From contig JANNBC010000006.1 in NCBI GenBank assembly GCA_031385045.1, positions 43,431 to 107,430 of the forward strand: 64,000 nt of DNA, written 5' to 3'. The stretch comes from a bacterium. GTDB lineage: Bacteria > Bdellovibrionota_C > UBA2361 > CALJRW01. The translations under genes and the position numbers were made by a program. Position 1 is the stretch's first letter; each line of letters starts with the position of its first letter. Positions 48,511 through 61,061 of the stretch are shown one piece after another. The notes under the pieces were generated by a model. It was not told where the DNA came from. It saw only the letters and a list, made by a program, of their open reading frames with translations, and did not search any database.

Positions 48511-49809
48511 ATGGAAGAAACAAAAATTTTAATTAAGAATGCTCGAGTCCTTGATGCCGAATCCAAAACAGATTCAATCTTAGATCTCTTAGTTGAAGGA
48601 AGCACAATTAAGGCAATCGATAAGCCAGGTTCGTTTAGCACTTTATCTAATTTACAGATAATTGATGGCACTGGTCAGTGGTTGTTGCCGGGTCTGATCG
48701 ATTTACATGTTCACTTACGGGAACCAGGTCAAGAATGGAAGGAAACAATTCATAGCGGCTCAGCGGCCGCAATCAGTGGTGGGTATACTACAATTTGTGC
48801 CATGCCCAATACCAAACCAGTTAATGATTCCTTAGAGATTACTAAATATATTAAAGAGAAAGCGCTACAAGCAAATTTGGCTAAGGTTGTTCCAATTGGT
48901 GCAGTTTCTCACAACTTGGAAGGCAAACAAATGTCTTCATTATCAGAGCTTTATCATGCGGGTTGTCTGGCATTTTCTGATGACGGCCAACCAATTTATG
49001 ATTCAGGCTTAATGCGTCGTGCTTTGGAATGGTGTCGCATGACAGATGCTGTTATTTGTTGTCATGAAGAAGATAAGTGCCTGAGTTGCTCTGGGGCGAT
49101 GAATGAATCTGCCATCTCTTATAAATTAGGCTTACCAGGAATGTCAACTATTGCAGAAGATGTAATGGTAGCAAGAGATATTGAATTAGCCAGGTTCACA
49201 GGAGGGCGAGTTCATATTTGTCATATCTCCAGTGAACGAGGAGTCGAGTTAATTCGTCGTGCTAAAAATGATGGAATTAATATTACCTGCGAAGTAACTC
49301 CACATCACTTAACACTTACGGAAGACTGCTTAAAAGATTATGACACTAACTATAAGATGAGTCCGCCACTTCGCTCAGAAAAAACAAGACAAGCGCTAAT
49401 TGCTGGAATTAAAGATGGTACAATTGACTGTATCGCTAGTGATCATGCTCCGCATGAGTTTGATAGTAAGAATACTTCCTTTCCTCAGGCCTCGATGGGA
49501 ATTCTTGGTCTCCAAACTAGCCTACCATTAATGCTAGAATTTTGTGAACAAAAAATAATTACACCACTGCAGCTTGTAAGCTTACTGGCAACTAATCCAG
49601 CAAAGATTTTTAAGATGAGCCAAGGTCAAATCAAGGTTGGTGCTCCAGCTGATCTAATTTTATTAGATCCTAAAAAAGAGTGGGCCTTTACTCGCGATAA
49701 TAATTTTTCCAAGAGCTTTAATAGTCCATTTTTAAATCGTAAATTAAAAGGGGAGTGCTCAGTGGTATTGGTTGATGGTCAAATTAAAAACGTACAGAAA
49801 GATAAATAA
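48511..49809 (+). CDS. pyrC: Dihydroorotase, long type
   Basis: DLHVHLREPG, MPNT, HICHIS, PPLR, SDHAPH. Confidence 0.95.
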   Translation: MEETKILIKNARVLDAESKTDSILDLLVEGSTIKAIDKPGSFSTLSNLQIIDGTGQWLLPGLIDLHVHLREPGQEWKETIHSGSAAAISGGYTTICAMPNTKPVNDSLEITKYIKEKALQANLAKVVPIGAVSHNLEGKQMSSLSELYHAGCLAFSDDGQPIYDSGLMRRALEWCRMTDAVICCHEEDKCLSCSGAMNESAISYKLGLPGMSTIAEDVMVARDIELARFTGGRVHICHISSERGVELIRRAKNDGINITCEVTPHHLTLTEDCLKDYDTNYKMSPPLRSEKTRQALIAGIKDGTIDCIASDHAPHEFDSKNTSFPQASMGILGLQTSLPLMLEFCEQKIITPLQLVSLLATNPAKIFKMSQGQIKVGAPADLILLDPKKEWAFTRDNNFSKSFNSPFLNRKLKGECSVVLVDGQIKNVQKDK

Positions 49810-49810
49810 T

Positions 49811-50962
49811 ATGAAAAATAAAGCCGTACTTGTTTTAGCAGATGGTCGTTACTTTGAAGGGGAATCTTTTGGAGCTAATATTAGCCCTGAAAAGCCAGTC
49901 GTTGGAGAAGTGGTTTTCAATACTTCAATGTATGGTTACCAAGAAATTATTACAGATCCAAGTTATGCTGGACAGCTGATGTGTTTTACTACAGCACAAA
50001 TAGGTAATGTCGGTTGTAACGAACTAGACGTTGAATCAAGTCATGTTCATGCCATGGGAGTTATTGTTAAGAATTATTCCGATTTCTATTCTAATTATCG
50101 AGCTAAAGAATCGCTTGGCAGTTATCTAAAGAAAAATAATATTCCTGGCATTGCTAAAATTGATACTCGTTCCTTGGTTCAACACCTAAGAGATCATGGT
50201 GCACAAATGGGTGCAATTGCCTGTGGGGAGAACATTGATATTAGTTTATTAGTAGCAAAAGCTCGTGAAGCTGGAAGCATGGAAGGCAAGAATTATGTTC
50301 GTGCTGTCAGTTGCCAAGAAGCGTATTCTTGGTCTCAGCTTCCTTGGGATCAGACAAGTGAATGCTATCCAGAGCTAACAGCATCAGAACTCCAAAAAAG
50401 ACCGCACCTAGTCGCTTTAGATTTTGGAATAAAATTTAATATCTTACGACTGTTAAGTGAAATTGGATTTAGAGTTACAGTGCTTCCAGCCTATAGCACT
50501 GCTAAGGAAATTAGAGCCCAAGCTCCCGATGCTCTTTTTTTATCAAATGGCCCAGGAGATCCGGCAACTCTAATGGAAATTGTTGCTGTTACAAAAGAAC
50601 TGATATCCGAACTACCAATTTTTGGAATTTGTTTAGGTCACCAAATACTTTGCCAAGCACTTGGTGGCAAAACTTATAAGCTTAAATTTGGCCACCGTGG
50701 TGGGAATCACCCAGTACTTGATTGTTTGACCAGAAAAGTAGAAATCACTTCGCAAAATCACGGTTTTGCAGTACAGCAAGGAAGTTTAAGCAAAAATGTT
50801 TTAATTAGTCATGTAAATTTAAACGATCAAACAGTCGAAGGTTTGGCTGATGCTAAATTGAAAGTGTTTTCTGTTCAGTATCACCCAGAAGCTTCCCCTG
50901 GACCTCACGATTCCAATTATCTTTTTCAAAATTTTTATAATCTAGTTGTTAACAATGCCTAA
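49811..50962 (+). CDS. carA: Carbamoyl-phosphate synthase small chain; start moved to ATG at 49811
   Basis: GEVVFNT..GYQE, SNGPGDP, GICLGHQ, QYHPE. Confidence 0.97.
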   Translation: MKNKAVLVLADGRYFEGESFGANISPEKPVVGEVVFNTSMYGYQEIITDPSYAGQLMCFTTAQIGNVGCNELDVESSHVHAMGVIVKNYSDFYSNYRAKESLGSYLKKNNIPGIAKIDTRSLVQHLRDHGAQMGAIACGENIDISLLVAKAREAGSMEGKNYVRAVSCQEAYSWSQLPWDQTSECYPELTASELQKRPHLVALDFGIKFNILRLLSEIGFRVTVLPAYSTAKEIRAQAPDALFLSNGPGDPATLMEIVAVTKELISELPIFGICLGHQILCQALGGKTYKLKFGHRGGNHPVLDCLTRKVEITSQNHGFAVQQGSLSKNVLISHVNLNDQTVEGLADAKLKVFSVQYHPEASPGPHDSNYLFQNFYNLVVNNA

Positions 50963-53900
50963 AAGAACTGACCTTAAATCAATATTAATCATCGGCTCCG
51001 GTCCAATTGTGATTGGACAAGCTTGCGAATTTGACTACTCCGGTGCTCAAGCTATTAAAGCCTTAAAAGAAGAGGGCTATCGAGTGATCTTGGTTAACTC
51101 TAACCCAGCAACCATCATGACCGATCCTGACTTTGCTGATGCCGTATACTTGGAGCCGATTACTCCAGAATTCGTCAAAAAAGTAATTGCCAAAGAACGA
51201 CCTTGTGCGGTGTTACCAACGATGGGTGGTCAGACAGCTTTAAACATTGCGATTGCCCTTGATGAAGAAGGTGTCTTTGAAAAATATGGCTGTGAATTAA
51301 TTGGAGCAAAAATCCCTTCAATTAAAATGGCGGAAGATCGCAAGCTTTTTCGCGATGCAATGGATGACATCGGTCTAGAATCAGCCAAAAGTTTTGTTGT
51401 TAATTCTGTGAATGAAGCACGAGAGTTAGTGGATCAAATTGGTTATCCGATGGTGCTGAGACCATCTCGAACTCTTGGAGGCACTGGCGGAGGAATTGTT
51501 CGTAACGAGCATGAACTTCAAGCAAAAGTTCATATGGCATTAGCTGCTAGTCCTAATCATGAAGTTCTAATTGAAGAATCCTTATTGGGATGGAAAGAAA
51601 TTGAACTAGAAGTGATGCGTGATTTGAAGGATAATGTTGTGATTATCTGCGGAATTGAGAATCTTGATCCGATGGGAGTGCATACTGGAGACTCAATTAC
51701 GGTTGCACCAGTTCAAACGTTAACCGATAAAGAGTATCAAGTTCTAAGAGATGCTGCCATCAAAGTTATTCGTAAAATTGGAGTTGATACCGGAGGTTCA
51801 AATGTTCAATTTGCAATTAATCCTGAAAATGGTCGAGTAATAATTATTGAAATGAATCCCCGAGTTTCTAGGAGCTCAGCTCTAGCTTCTAAAGCTACGG
51901 GATTTCCAATCGCTAAAATTGCTGCCAAATTAGCAGTTGGGTATTCACTGGATGAAATTCCCAATGATATTACCAAAGAAACACCAGCGAGCTTCGAACC
52001 GGCAATTGATTATGTTGTTGTTAAAATTCCACGTTTTAACTTTGAAAAATTTCCCTTAGCAGAAGCGGTACTTGGAACTCAAATGAAATCTGTCGGTGAA
52101 ATCATGGCCTTTGGTAGTAGTATGCAAGAAGCACTACAAAAAGCACTTTGTAGCATGGAGATTAATTCTGCAGGTTTTGACAGAGAAAAATTAGTTGCGG
52201 GATTAAGTAAACAAGATATCCTCTTAAAAACAGCAATTCCGGCACCAGATCGTATTTATTATTTAGCAGAAGCCCTAAGAGCTGGCGGAGAAATTGCTGA
52301 AATCTATAAAATGTCCGCAGTTGATCCTTGGTTCTTAAATCAAATTAAAGAAATTATTGATTCCGAGAAAAGTCTAACAGATCAAAAACTCGAATCACTA
52401 TCTGCAGCGAGACTTTGGAGTCTTAAACAACAAGGATTTTCTGATGAGCGTTTAGCAAAGCTTTTAAAGACTTCTGAAGCTACTGTTCGTAATTATCGGA
52501 TCTCCCTAGCTGTTAAACCTAATTACAAAGCTGTGGATACTTGTGCTGCAGAGTTTAAAGCTAACACTCCATACCTCTACTCTAGTTATGAACAAAATGA
52601 GGATGCACCACCGAGTAAGAATAAGAAAATTTTAATCTTAGGTTCTGGTCCAAATCGAATTGGACAAGGGATTGAGTTTGATTATTGCTGTGTTCATGCC
52701 GTGCAAGCATTACGTGGTGCTGGCTATGAAACAATTATGCTAAATTGTAATCCAGAAACGGTCTCCACTGATTACGATACCGCCAATCGTTTATATTTTG
52801 AACCTTTAACATTAGAATCAGTTTTAAATGTTATTGATCGAGAAAAACCTTTTGGGGTGATTGTGCAATTTGGTGGTCAAACACCTCTAAAACTTGCTAA
52901 AGACTTAAAAAATGCTGGAGTTAATATTATTGGTACTTCCGTAGAATCAATTGAACTGGCAGAAGATCGGGAATTGTTTTCTAGTTTGATTACCAAACTA
53001 AATCTTAAACAACCTGAGTTTGCAACAGTTCGTTCTTTAGATGAAGCACTAATTGCAGCCGAGCGGATTTCTTATCCATTAATGATTCGTCCATCTTTTG
53101 TGCTTGGTGGACGTGCCATGAGGGTCGTATTTACAGATCAAGATTTAATTCATTACATGAATGAATCTGTGGAAGTCTCCGAAAAACGCCCAGTGTTAAT
53201 TGATCGTTACTTACACAATGCCATTGAAGTTGACGTTGACTTAGTTTCAGATGGAAAGGAAGTCATTATTGCTGGAATTATGGAACATATTGAAAGAGCT
53301 GGAATCCACTCTGGAGATAGCTCTAGTTGCCTTCCACCACCAACATTAAAACCTGAAATTATTCAGGAATTGAAATCCTTTGCTACTGCTCTGGCAAAAG
53401 AACTAAAGGTTATTGGTTTAATGAATGCCCAATTCGCTGTTACTAAAGAAGAGGAGATCTTTATTATTGAAGCGAATCCACGAGCTTCCCGAACTGTTCC
53501 CTTTGTAAGCAAAGCAACCGGAACACCTTGGGCCAAAGTGGCGGCATTAACAATGGTGAATAAATCATTAAGTGAACAAAAAATTGTCGAGCCTTTACAT
53601 GACACATATTTTGCAGTGAAGGCCAGCGTATTTCCATTTTCTAAGTTTCCCGGTGTTGATACAATCTTGGGACCGGAAATGAAATCAACGGGAGAGGTGA
53701 TGGGGATTGACCGATCTTTTCCAGCAGCTTTTGCTAAAGCTCAAGTTGCTGTTGGTAACATTTTACCAATCAAGGGTAATGCCTTTCTAAGTTTAAAGAA
53801 TGCCGATAAGCCTGAAGCTCAAAATCTAATTAGATTTTTAAGAGATATTAATTTTAAGATTTTTGCTACAAGTGGTACCGCAACTTATTTAAAGTCTGTT

Positions 53901-54173
53901 GGACTTGAGGTGGAGTCAATTAACAAAGTCCGAGAAGGCTCTCCCCACATCGTGGAAGCTTTGGAATCCGGTATTATTGATCTGGTGATTAATACACCTG
54001 AAGGACCAGCACCGCTACTTGATTCTCGCTCCATTCGTCTTGTTGCCAATGAACAAGGAGTTCCAACTTTTACAACCATTGCAGCGGCCGAAGCAGCTCT
54101 GCAATCTATTAAATCTCTTCAAGATGATCAGAATGTGGAAGTTCGAGCAATTAAAAGCTACTATGCTGAATAA
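50955..54173 (+). CDS. carB: Carbamoyl-phosphate synthase large chain; start moved to ATG at 50955
   Basis: [30 protein letters not shown], two ATP-grasp domains, MGS domain. Confidence 0.98.
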   Translation: MPKRTDLKSILIIGSGPIVIGQACEFDYSGAQAIKALKEEGYRVILVNSNPATIMTDPDFADAVYLEPITPEFVKKVIAKERPCAVLPTMGGQTALNIAIALDEEGVFEKYGCELIGAKIPSIKMAEDRKLFRDAMDDIGLESAKSFVVNSVNEARELVDQIGYPMVLRPSRTLGGTGGGIVRNEHELQAKVHMALAASPNHEVLIEESLLGWKEIELEVMRDLKDNVVIICGIENLDPMGVHTGDSITVAPVQTLTDKEYQVLRDAAIKVIRKIGVDTGGSNVQFAINPENGRVIIIEMNPRVSRSSALASKATGFPIAKIAAKLAVGYSLDEIPNDITKETPASFEPAIDYVVVKIPRFNFEKFPLAEAVLGTQMKSVGEIMAFGSSMQEALQKALCSMEINSAGFDREKLVAGLSKQDILLKTAIPAPDRIYYLAEALRAGGEIAEIYKMSAVDPWFLNQIKEIIDSEKSLTDQKLESLSAARLWSLKQQGFSDERLAKLLKTSEATVRNYRISLAVKPNYKAVDTCAAEFKANTPYLYSSYEQNEDAPPSKNKKILILGSGPNRIGQGIEFDYCCVHAVQALRGAGYETIMLNCNPETVSTDYDTANRLYFEPLTLESVLNVIDREKPFGVIVQFGGQTPLKLAKDLKNAGVNIIGTSVESIELAEDRELFSSLITKLNLKQPEFATVRSLDEALIAAERISYPLMIRPSFVLGGRAMRVVFTDQDLIHYMNESVEVSEKRPVLIDRYLHNAIEVDVDLVSDGKEVIIAGIMEHIERAGIHSGDSSSCLPPPTLKPEIIQELKSFATALAKELKVIGLMNAQFAVTKEEEIFIIEANPRASRTVPFVSKATGTPWAKVAALTMVNKSLSEQKIVEPLHDTYFAVKASVFPFSKFPGVDTILGPEMKSTGEVMGIDRSFPAAFAKAQVAVGNILPIKGNAFLSLKNADKPEAQNLIRFLRDINFKIFATSGTATYLKSVGLEVESINKVREGSPHIVEALESGIIDLVINTPEGPAPLLDSRSIRLVANEQGVPTFTTIAAAEAALQSIKSLQDDQNVEVRAIKSYYAE

Positions 54174-54225
54174 GATTAAATTATCCTTGTAATAATTTAG
54201 AATAATAAATTTTGACAATATTCCT

Positions 54226-54699
54226 ATGAAATTTCCGATTACACCTAAAGGTCTAGAAAAGATTAAACAAGAATTAGTTGAGATGAAAGCTCAACGACCA
54301 ATAATTGCGGAGGAAATAGCCACAGCTAGAGGCCATGGAGATCTTTCCGAAAATGCTGATTATGATGCAGCCAGAGAAAAGTCAGGCATGTTAGAAGCTC
54401 GAATTCGCGATTATGAGGCAAGAATAGGGAATGCCGAAGTTATTGATCCTAGCCTGTTAAAGGATTACAGCAAAGTAGTTTTTGGTGTGAGGGTTAAGCT
54501 TGATGAAATTAACACTGGTGAGACAAAGATTGTTACCATCTTAGGTTCTTCTGAGAGTGATACGAGTAAAGGAATCATCTCTTACGATACGCCCTTAGCA
54601 AAAGCACTAATTGGAAAAGCTATCGGCGAAGTTGCTGAAATCCGTCTGCCTGCAGGACTTCGTGAGTATGAAATAATTGATATTAGCGTTGCGGAATGA
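54226..54699 (+). CDS. greA: Transcription elongation factor GreA
   Basis: HGDLSENADYDAARE, IS..TPLAKALIGK. Confidence 0.93.
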   Translation: MKFPITPKGLEKIKQELVEMKAQRPIIAEEIATARGHGDLSENADYDAAREKSGMLEARIRDYEARIGNAEVIDPSLLKDYSKVVFGVRVKLDEINTGETKIVTILGSSESDTSKGIISYDTPLAKALIGKAIGEVAEIRLPAGLREYEIIDISVAE

Positions 54700-56486
54700 T
54701 TTCACCCGAGACCATTGAAAAAGTCAAAGAGATTAACATTGTGGATCTAATCTCTGAAACCGTAACTCTAAAAAGAGCTGGTACAAACTTTACCGGACTT
54801 TGCCCTTTTCATAACGAAAAATCTCCCTCATTTCATGTTAAAGCTGAACAGGATTTTTTCCACTGCTTTGGCTGTGGAGAATCTGGAAATGCTATTTCTT
54901 TTGCCATGAAAACTCAAAATCTTAGTTTTCCAGAAGCAATTGAATATCTTGCTAATAAATTTAATATTCCAATTATCTATACTAATCGTACTGCCCCACA
55001 AGCAGGCAACTCCAAAAATGATATCTATAAAATAAATGCTTTAGCTTATGAGTTTTTCTTAGAGCAATTAAAGATAGCTCCGGAGGTTGTCAAAAATTAT
55101 ATTGCTAAAAGACAACTAACGGAAGATGGACTAAAGAGATTTACAGTGGGATATGCACCAGCTGATTGGGAGAAGTTATTTCAATTTTTGCAATCTAGGA
55201 AAGTCGATCCAAAGTTGATTTTAGAATCTTGCTTGGTTAAGAAAAACTCCTCTGGAAAGACTTACGATACTTTTCGAGATCGCCTGATTTTCCCAATTTG
55301 GGTAGATAACTCCAGAATTGCAGGTTTTGGGGGAAGAATTATTACCGAAGACTCCAATAATCCCCAAGCTAAATATTTAAATTCTCCTGAAACTAAAGTC
55401 TATCAGAAAAGTCAGATTTTCTATGGCTTACCTCAAGCCCTAAATGCCATTAAGCTTGAAAAAAAAGTTTATATAGTGGAAGGGTATTTAGATGTTATTG
55501 CCTTACACCAGGTAAATGTTTGCAACGTAATTGCAACCTGTGGCACAGCTCTAACCGAGCAACATGTTAAAAAACTTGGTGGATTAGCAACTCAAGTTTA
55601 CTTGTTATTTGATGGAGACAATGCTGGTCAAGCCGCTGCGGCCAAGTGTTTTACTCAAATGATCAATTTTGAGGCTGATATTGCGGCCTTATTTCTACCA
55701 GACAAACAAGATCCCGATGATTTTGCTAAATTACATGGCAAGAATACTTTTCTTGAACTTGGGAAGCTTGCAAGCAAGTCTTTAATGGAATGCTATTTAG
55801 ATGATCAAGCTAAAAAACAGGGCTATGAGGGACGTAGTCAATTGGGAGCTGTTACAAAAAGTAAACTAGCTGAGCAAACTAATAAAATTATCGCTCAAAA
55901 TATTAATCCAATTGTCCGTACAGAGTTGCAAAAACAACTACAATTTTTGCTTAATTTAAAATTATCAGATTTAGGAGTTATTAAGGATTCTCCAACTACA
56001 CCAATAGAAACTCAAACTGTGGAAAGCAAGGAGATACCTAAGATTGAAGATCTGGATTACCTAAATCGTGATATCTTAAAGTATGCAATTATTAAAAAAG
56101 CTGCTGCGTGCCTGCAAATTTTAAATAATTCTAGCCTAGCTCAACACTTAGATTCCAATGTTAGTAACTTTATTGCGAGCGTCTTGGATATCGATGAGGA
56201 GCAAAACTCCGACTTAAATCAAAAGAAAACAGAGCTCAAGTCACTTTTAGATCAATATCCACTATCCTGGACTGATTTCTGGAAATTAGGGTCAAAACAA
56301 GCCCAGGACAATACTTTTAACCCAGAATTACTCTACAAGCAGATTCTACATGAGGTTAAAAAGCGTCCTTGGAAACAACAGATTCAGTTGTTAGAATCAC
56401 AGATTAAGAATACCCAAAATGAACAAGATAAGACTAGGCTAGCAGGGGAATTAATTGAAGCAAATAAGATTTTAAGAAAGCTATAA
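54696..56486 (+). CDS. dnaG: DNA primase
   Basis: CPFHNEKSPSF..CFGC, FRDRLIFP, KYLNSPET, VEGYLD, FDGD. Confidence 0.97.
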   Translation: MISPETIEKVKEINIVDLISETVTLKRAGTNFTGLCPFHNEKSPSFHVKAEQDFFHCFGCGESGNAISFAMKTQNLSFPEAIEYLANKFNIPIIYTNRTAPQAGNSKNDIYKINALAYEFFLEQLKIAPEVVKNYIAKRQLTEDGLKRFTVGYAPADWEKLFQFLQSRKVDPKLILESCLVKKNSSGKTYDTFRDRLIFPIWVDNSRIAGFGGRIITEDSNNPQAKYLNSPETKVYQKSQIFYGLPQALNAIKLEKKVYIVEGYLDVIALHQVNVCNVIATCGTALTEQHVKKLGGLATQVYLLFDGDNAGQAAAAKCFTQMINFEADIAALFLPDKQDPDDFAKLHGKNTFLELGKLASKSLMECYLDDQAKKQGYEGRSQLGAVTKSKLAEQTNKIIAQNINPIVRTELQKQLQFLLNLKLSDLGVIKDSPTTPIETQTVESKEIPKIEDLDYLNRDILKYAIIKKAAACLQILNNSSLAQHLDSNVSNFIASVLDIDEEQNSDLNQKKTELKSLLDQYPLSWTDFWKLGSKQAQDNTFNPELLYKQILHEVKKRPWKQQIQLLESQIKNTQNEQDKTRLAGELIEANKILRKL

Positions 56487-56622
56487 TTCTCCCAAGCGGG
56501 TGGATTAGAATTTTTCTAGTCTTAGTCAAAAACTTGACTAATTGCTGAATTTTTAACAATAAGCTATAAAGTTTATCCTTAATCCCTATAGCGATTACCC
56601 AATAATTTAGGAGTTTTATTCC

Positions 56623-58689
56623 GTGCCCAAAGTAAAAACTAATCAAAAATTAAATAAAAGCAAAAAGGTTAGCCCACCTAAAAAAATCTCAACTAAACAA
56701 AGACAAGTTATCAGTACTGTAGCAAAATTAAAAAAAGCTAAAGGTTCTGGTTCTGTTCAAAAAGTTCAAGATCAAAAAGCTAATCGCTCCAATAAACTAG
56801 ATCAATTAGTCGCTCAAGCTAACGAGGATAATAAAAATATTTCCTTGACTGAGACGAAAGAGGCCATGCAAAAATTAATTGTTGCTGGTCGTGAAAAGGG
56901 ATCCCTTAGCATGAAGGAAATTGATAAACTTCTTCCGGATGATCTCGTCTCAAAAGATAATGTTGAAGAAGTAACTTCAATTTTTGATGATTACAATATC
57001 GATATCGTTGATAAAGAAGCAGAAGAACCTGCGGCTGAAGATGAAGGTCCCTTCAATATTGATCAGGACATGGAAACCTCAGCTATTGGAAAGAGTAGCG
57101 ATCCGGTCCGAATGTATCTTCGTGAAATGGGTAATGTTAATCTGCTAACTCGCGAAGGTGAAGTAACTATTGCCAAGAAGATCGAAGAAGGCTTACTTAC
57201 GGCCTCTGATGTAATCTTACATCAACCAATTACTCTTAATTATGTTGTTGATCTCTTTGAGAAAGCAAAACGCCAAGAAATTCGAATGCGAGATATTTTT
57301 GCCAATGAAACCGAAGAAGATGGTGCAGAAGGTGGGACATCAGAAGGGGACGATGATTCGGAGGATCCAGTAGCAGAGGCTGATGACGATCCCAATATGT
57401 CTCGTGCTGAAACACTAGCCGTTGAAGAGGAACAGGCGCGTAAAAAGTTTTTAAAACAAGCACCCACATTTAAACGTGCTTGGATGGAGCTTGAAAAAAC
57501 TTATGAAGAGATTTGTAAGTTTAGAGCTGCAAAAAACTCTAGGAAATTACCTGAGTTAGAGAGGAAATATTACCGCTCACTTGATAAAGTTGCTGTTAAG
57601 ATTAAAGATCTAAATATTAACGATCGACAATATACGCTAATTTCTTCTTTAATTAAGGCAACATATTCGGAATTCCGCCAATCTCAAAAAGAGCTAATTA
57701 AAATTGAGAAAAAATATTCTCGTTCTCCTGAAGATCTTTTTCTATCCTTAAAAGAGCTAAACTCCACAAATCAAATTGATTTTAAAAGAGCTTGCCGTCG
57801 CTTGAAGCTAAAAGCCGAAAGTGCACGTAAGCTTGCTACTAAAATTGAAGAAATCAAGGAAGTCTACGATCGAATTGAAGCGAAGACGTTAATGAATTTA
57901 GTTGAGTTTGCAACTCAAGTTCGAATTTTAAAAAGCTCCGAATTAAAAGCTGCTATTGCTAAACAAGAGTTAGTTGAGGCGAACTTACGTTTAGTGGTGT
58001 CCATTGCTAAAAAATATACTAATCGTGGATTACAGTTTTTAGACTTGATTCAAGAAGGCAATATCGGACTGATGAAAGCTGTTGATAAATTTGAGTATCA
58101 AAGAGGTTACAAATTTTCAACTTATGCTACATGGTGGATTCGTCAGGCAATTACTAGAGCAATCGCTGACCAAGCTAGAATCATTCGAATTCCAGTGCAT
58201 ATGATCGAAACAATTAATAAATTGGTTCGTACATCTCGACAACTAGTACATGAGCTAGGTCGTGAGCCAACTCCAGAAGAAATTGCTCTGCGCATGGATA
58301 TCCCAACAGAGAAAGTTCGGAAGGTGATGAAAATATCCAAAGAGCCTATATCTCTGGAAACTCCAATTGGAGAAGAAGATGATTCCTCACTTGGTGATTT
58401 CATTGAGGACAAGAGATCAATCTCTCCTGCAACTGCAGTAGTTAATTTAAATCTACAGGAACAAACTCGGCGTGTGCTATCGAGCTTAACTCCTCGCGAG
58501 GAAAAAGTTCTCCGAATGCGTTTTGGTATTGGAGAAAAGAGCGATCATACCCTTGAGGAAGTTGGGCAAAATTTTGATGTAACTCGAGAACGTATTCGTC
58601 AGATTGAGGCGAAAGCTCTTCGAAAACTTCGACATCCAACAAGAAGCAAAAAGCTAAAAACATTCTATGAAGAAGAGAATAATAACTAG
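56623..58689 (+). CDS. rpoD: Primary sigma factor sigma70
   Basis: [49 protein letters not shown]. Confidence 0.97.
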   Translation: MPKVKTNQKLNKSKKVSPPKKISTKQRQVISTVAKLKKAKGSGSVQKVQDQKANRSNKLDQLVAQANEDNKNISLTETKEAMQKLIVAGREKGSLSMKEIDKLLPDDLVSKDNVEEVTSIFDDYNIDIVDKEAEEPAAEDEGPFNIDQDMETSAIGKSSDPVRMYLREMGNVNLLTREGEVTIAKKIEEGLLTASDVILHQPITLNYVVDLFEKAKRQEIRMRDIFANETEEDGAEGGTSEGDDDSEDPVAEADDDPNMSRAETLAVEEEQARKKFLKQAPTFKRAWMELEKTYEEICKFRAAKNSRKLPELERKYYRSLDKVAVKIKDLNINDRQYTLISSLIKATYSEFRQSQKELIKIEKKYSRSPEDLFLSLKELNSTNQIDFKRACRRLKLKAESARKLATKIEEIKEVYDRIEAKTLMNLVEFATQVRILKSSELKAAIAKQELVEANLRLVVSIAKKYTNRGLQFLDLIQEGNIGLMKAVDKFEYQRGYKFSTYATWWIRQAITRAIADQARIIRIPVHMIETINKLVRTSRQLVHELGREPTPEEIALRMDIPTEKVRKVMKISKEPISLETPIGEEDDSSLGDFIEDKRSISPATAVVNLNLQEQTRRVLSSLTPREEKVLRMRFGIGEKSDHTLEEVGQNFDVTRERIRQIEAKALRKLRHPTRSKKLKTFYEEENNN

Positions 58690-59227
58690 TCTTTTTGTAT
58701 GCTTACAGGCCAATCTTATTTTGGCCTGTGGTTTATATCAAGTACCACTTGCTCCTGAGTTTTTTGCTCCGATGGAAGTTAATGAGCTCTTAGTTACGAC
58801 CGAAGACCAAAAAATTACCTTAGCCTGGAGTGCTTCGAAAGAAGATCGTCGAAAGGAGAAGCTAAAATTTATTGATGGTTATCGCATCGAAAGAAAGGGG
58901 CCGATTAAAGATACCATTCAAAAGACGGACCTTGAATACCAAGAGTTAAAATTCATTCCTGATCAGCATTTAGAAATTGAAAAAAAACTAAAAGACGAAG
59001 CCATAGAAAAGGGAGCGATTTCCAGAAAAGTTAAAGCCGAGGAGCAATACTATAGTTTCAAATTTGAAGACATTAATCTAGAAAAGAACTCCACATATTT
59101 TTATAAAATCACTCCAATTAACCAAGGCAATGTTAAGGGTCAAGTAAAACAAGTTGTCGTAGTTGAATTCAATGGTATCGATAGTAGAGTAATCTTAATT
59201 GAGCCGAAAATAGAGGATCTACAGTAA
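58667..59227 (+). CDS. Lipoprotein with fibronectin type III-like fold
   Basis: Lipobox ILAC-G, ITLAW, GYRIER, FED..TYFYKI; overlaps the end of rpoD. Confidence 0.7.
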   Translation: MKKRIITSLFVCLQANLILACGLYQVPLAPEFFAPMEVNELLVTTEDQKITLAWSASKEDRRKEKLKFIDGYRIERKGPIKDTIQKTDLEYQELKFIPDQHLEIEKKLKDEAIEKGAISRKVKAEEQYYSFKFEDINLEKNSTYFYKITPINQGNVKGQVKQVVVVEFNGIDSRVILIEPKIEDLQ

Positions 59228-59318
59228 TTTCCTAGGCTACCAAGTTATTCTTTCAAGCAATATGAAACTGCTAATTTTCTCTCTTTAACATTTTAGGATT
59301 ATAGGATAGATTCACTCC

Positions 59319-60116
59319 ATGGCTATAAAAAGAGAACGATCTAATTATTTAATTCAGTCTGTAAAGCATGCAACAGAAGTGCTTGAGGCGCTAGCAAATG
59401 CCAAGGAGGAAGTTGGGATTACGTCCCTTTCCAAGCAACTAGGACTTCATAAGAATAATGTTTTTAGATTACTCGCGACTCTTAGCCTCCAAGGCCTAGT
59501 GCAACAAAATCCAAAATCAGAAGACTATTCTTTAGGACCTGCCTGTTTAAAATTAGGACAGTCTTACTTACTAAACAGCGATTTAATTTCTAGAATCAGA
59601 CCCTACATTCAAGACTTAAATGAAAACATCGACGAGACTGTAAGCTTTGCCCGATTAATCAATAATCTCGTCCACTTCCCAATTTCCATTTCTTCCAAAT
59701 CTGCAGTTGCAGTTTCTCCACGAGTAGCGAAGTCTCTTAAAGCTGAGAACTGTGCGGTGGGTCGCTTACTAATGTCCAAAGAAACAGATCTGACTAATCA
59801 AAAAGATGTTAAAATCTTAAATTTAAGAGAACAGGAATATTGCTCTGACTCCGGTCAGCTTGATAAGGACGTGTTAACAATTTGCATGGTAGTTCGTGGT
59901 ATTGCCAATGCTCCAATTGGTGCAATCGAAATTCAAGCTCCGCTTTATCGCGCCAATATGGAAACTCTCCTTAAGCAATTAGATAAAACTGTTAAAGCAA
60001 TAAATAATTGTTTTTCAGTTGATAATGTTGCTACAGGTCTAAAACTAAGCCAGCAGATTCAAACAGAAGTACTTAAGAATCAATCCTTAAATTCTGAGCA
60101 GTCTGTAACTCTTTAA
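59319..60116 (+). CDS. IclR family transcriptional regulator
   Basis: IQSV..A.EVLE, LGLHKNNVFRLLATL HTH, YSLG, ETV, AVGR. Confidence 0.9.
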   Translation: MAIKRERSNYLIQSVKHATEVLEALANAKEEVGITSLSKQLGLHKNNVFRLLATLSLQGLVQQNPKSEDYSLGPACLKLGQSYLLNSDLISRIRPYIQDLNENIDETVSFARLINNLVHFPISISSKSAVAVSPRVAKSLKAENCAVGRLLMSKETDLTNQKDVKILNLREQEYCSDSGQLDKDVLTICMVVRGIANAPIGAIEIQAPLYRANMETLLKQLDKTVKAINNCFSVDNVATGLKLSQQIQTEVLKNQSLNSEQSVTL

Positions 60117-60951
60117 TTTCTAAGTCACGGTTTAAGAACTCAATAATATCTTTGTCAATATCCTGAGGACTTAGACCAACCGTCTTCCAAAATGCTTGCT
60201 CCGTGATTTTATGCTTATTCTTCAAGTAGTTGTTAATCTGCACTTGATGTCCCTTTTCAATTAGCAGATCGAGAATAACCAATGATTGAGCATAGGCAAT
60301 TGGTATTAAATTACTTTCTAACTTAGTAAATCCAGCCTGAAGTAAATTAAGATCAAGTAGTGGTTCTTCGGAAAGCCATTCTTGTAAAACCTTACGAAGT
60401 AAGGGATGCTCAGAGTCTTCCACTAGCTGCGCAATCCCTTCATCTAACCAACCTGGACATCTCTCTTTGCTAATACTCGCGGTTAAAGCATGAGCAAATT
60501 CATGATTTAGTGTTCTTAGTAAAGATCTCTCAGAATAGTTTTTTCGCACAGGAAGTAGGATTTGATTTTGGTAATATAATGCATTGGTCCAGGCAGGAGC
60601 TTTGGTTAACTTAAAAAAGCTTGTTGGATCTAGTAATTTTATTTTTAAATTAAAAGGTGGAACATCCCCAAACTGTTTTTGGTATTTCTGCAGTTGGTTC
60701 TCGAGGTGCTCGGGAAAGATTCCTGCTAATTCACTATAATTTTTTGCATAACGAATACTTAACTTCGCCTTATTGCTCAGAGTAATACTTCTCTCATTAA
60801 CCTCTTGAGCGACCGGTTCTTGCTGACTTAAGGTATATTTCTTAGTTTGATATTTCGCTAATTGAGCCTCAGACTTGAGATTAAAGCACAGGGAGAGTCC
60901 TAGGATGATTAATAACGAATAAAAATGCTTCAATTTTAGGAGCTCTAACAT
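60073..60951 (-). CDS. Exported gluzincin (peptidase MA-like) metallopeptidase
   Basis: Signal peptide, HEFAH plus PGWLDEGIA, AYAQS. Confidence 0.85.
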   Translation of the reverse strand: MLELLKLKHFYSLLIILGLSLCFNLKSEAQLAKYQTKKYTLSQQEPVAQEVNERSITLSNKAKLSIRYAKNYSELAGIFPEHLENQLQKYQKQFGDVPPFNLKIKLLDPTSFFKLTKAPAWTNALYYQNQILLPVRKNYSERSLLRTLNHEFAHALTASISKERCPGWLDEGIAQLVEDSEHPLLRKVLQEWLSEEPLLDLNLLQAGFTKLESNLIPIAYAQSLVILDLLIEKGHQVQINNYLKNKHKITEQAFWKTVGLSPQDIDKDIIEFLNRDLEIKELQTAQNLRIDS

Positions 60952-60993
60952 GCCCTAGATATCGCCTATTGGAGCAAATTCCTTGAGCACTTA

Positions 60994-61022
60994 TTGCCAA
61001 GGCGACTATATTTTAATATAAT
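60994..61022 (+). promoter_or_regulatory. Sigma70 promoter for the A-type Fe-S carrier gene
   Basis: TTGCCA-17 nt-TATAAT. Confidence 0.65.
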
Positions 61023-61061
61023 GATAATGAAGATTTAATTAATATATATTTTGTAAATATC

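Noticed and set aside
5567..58663. Numerous 60-93 aa ORFs inside bamA, skp, lpxA, lpxI, purL, tadG, rlmN, carB, rpoD and others
   Set aside because: Antisense or alternate-frame shadows of well-supported genes.
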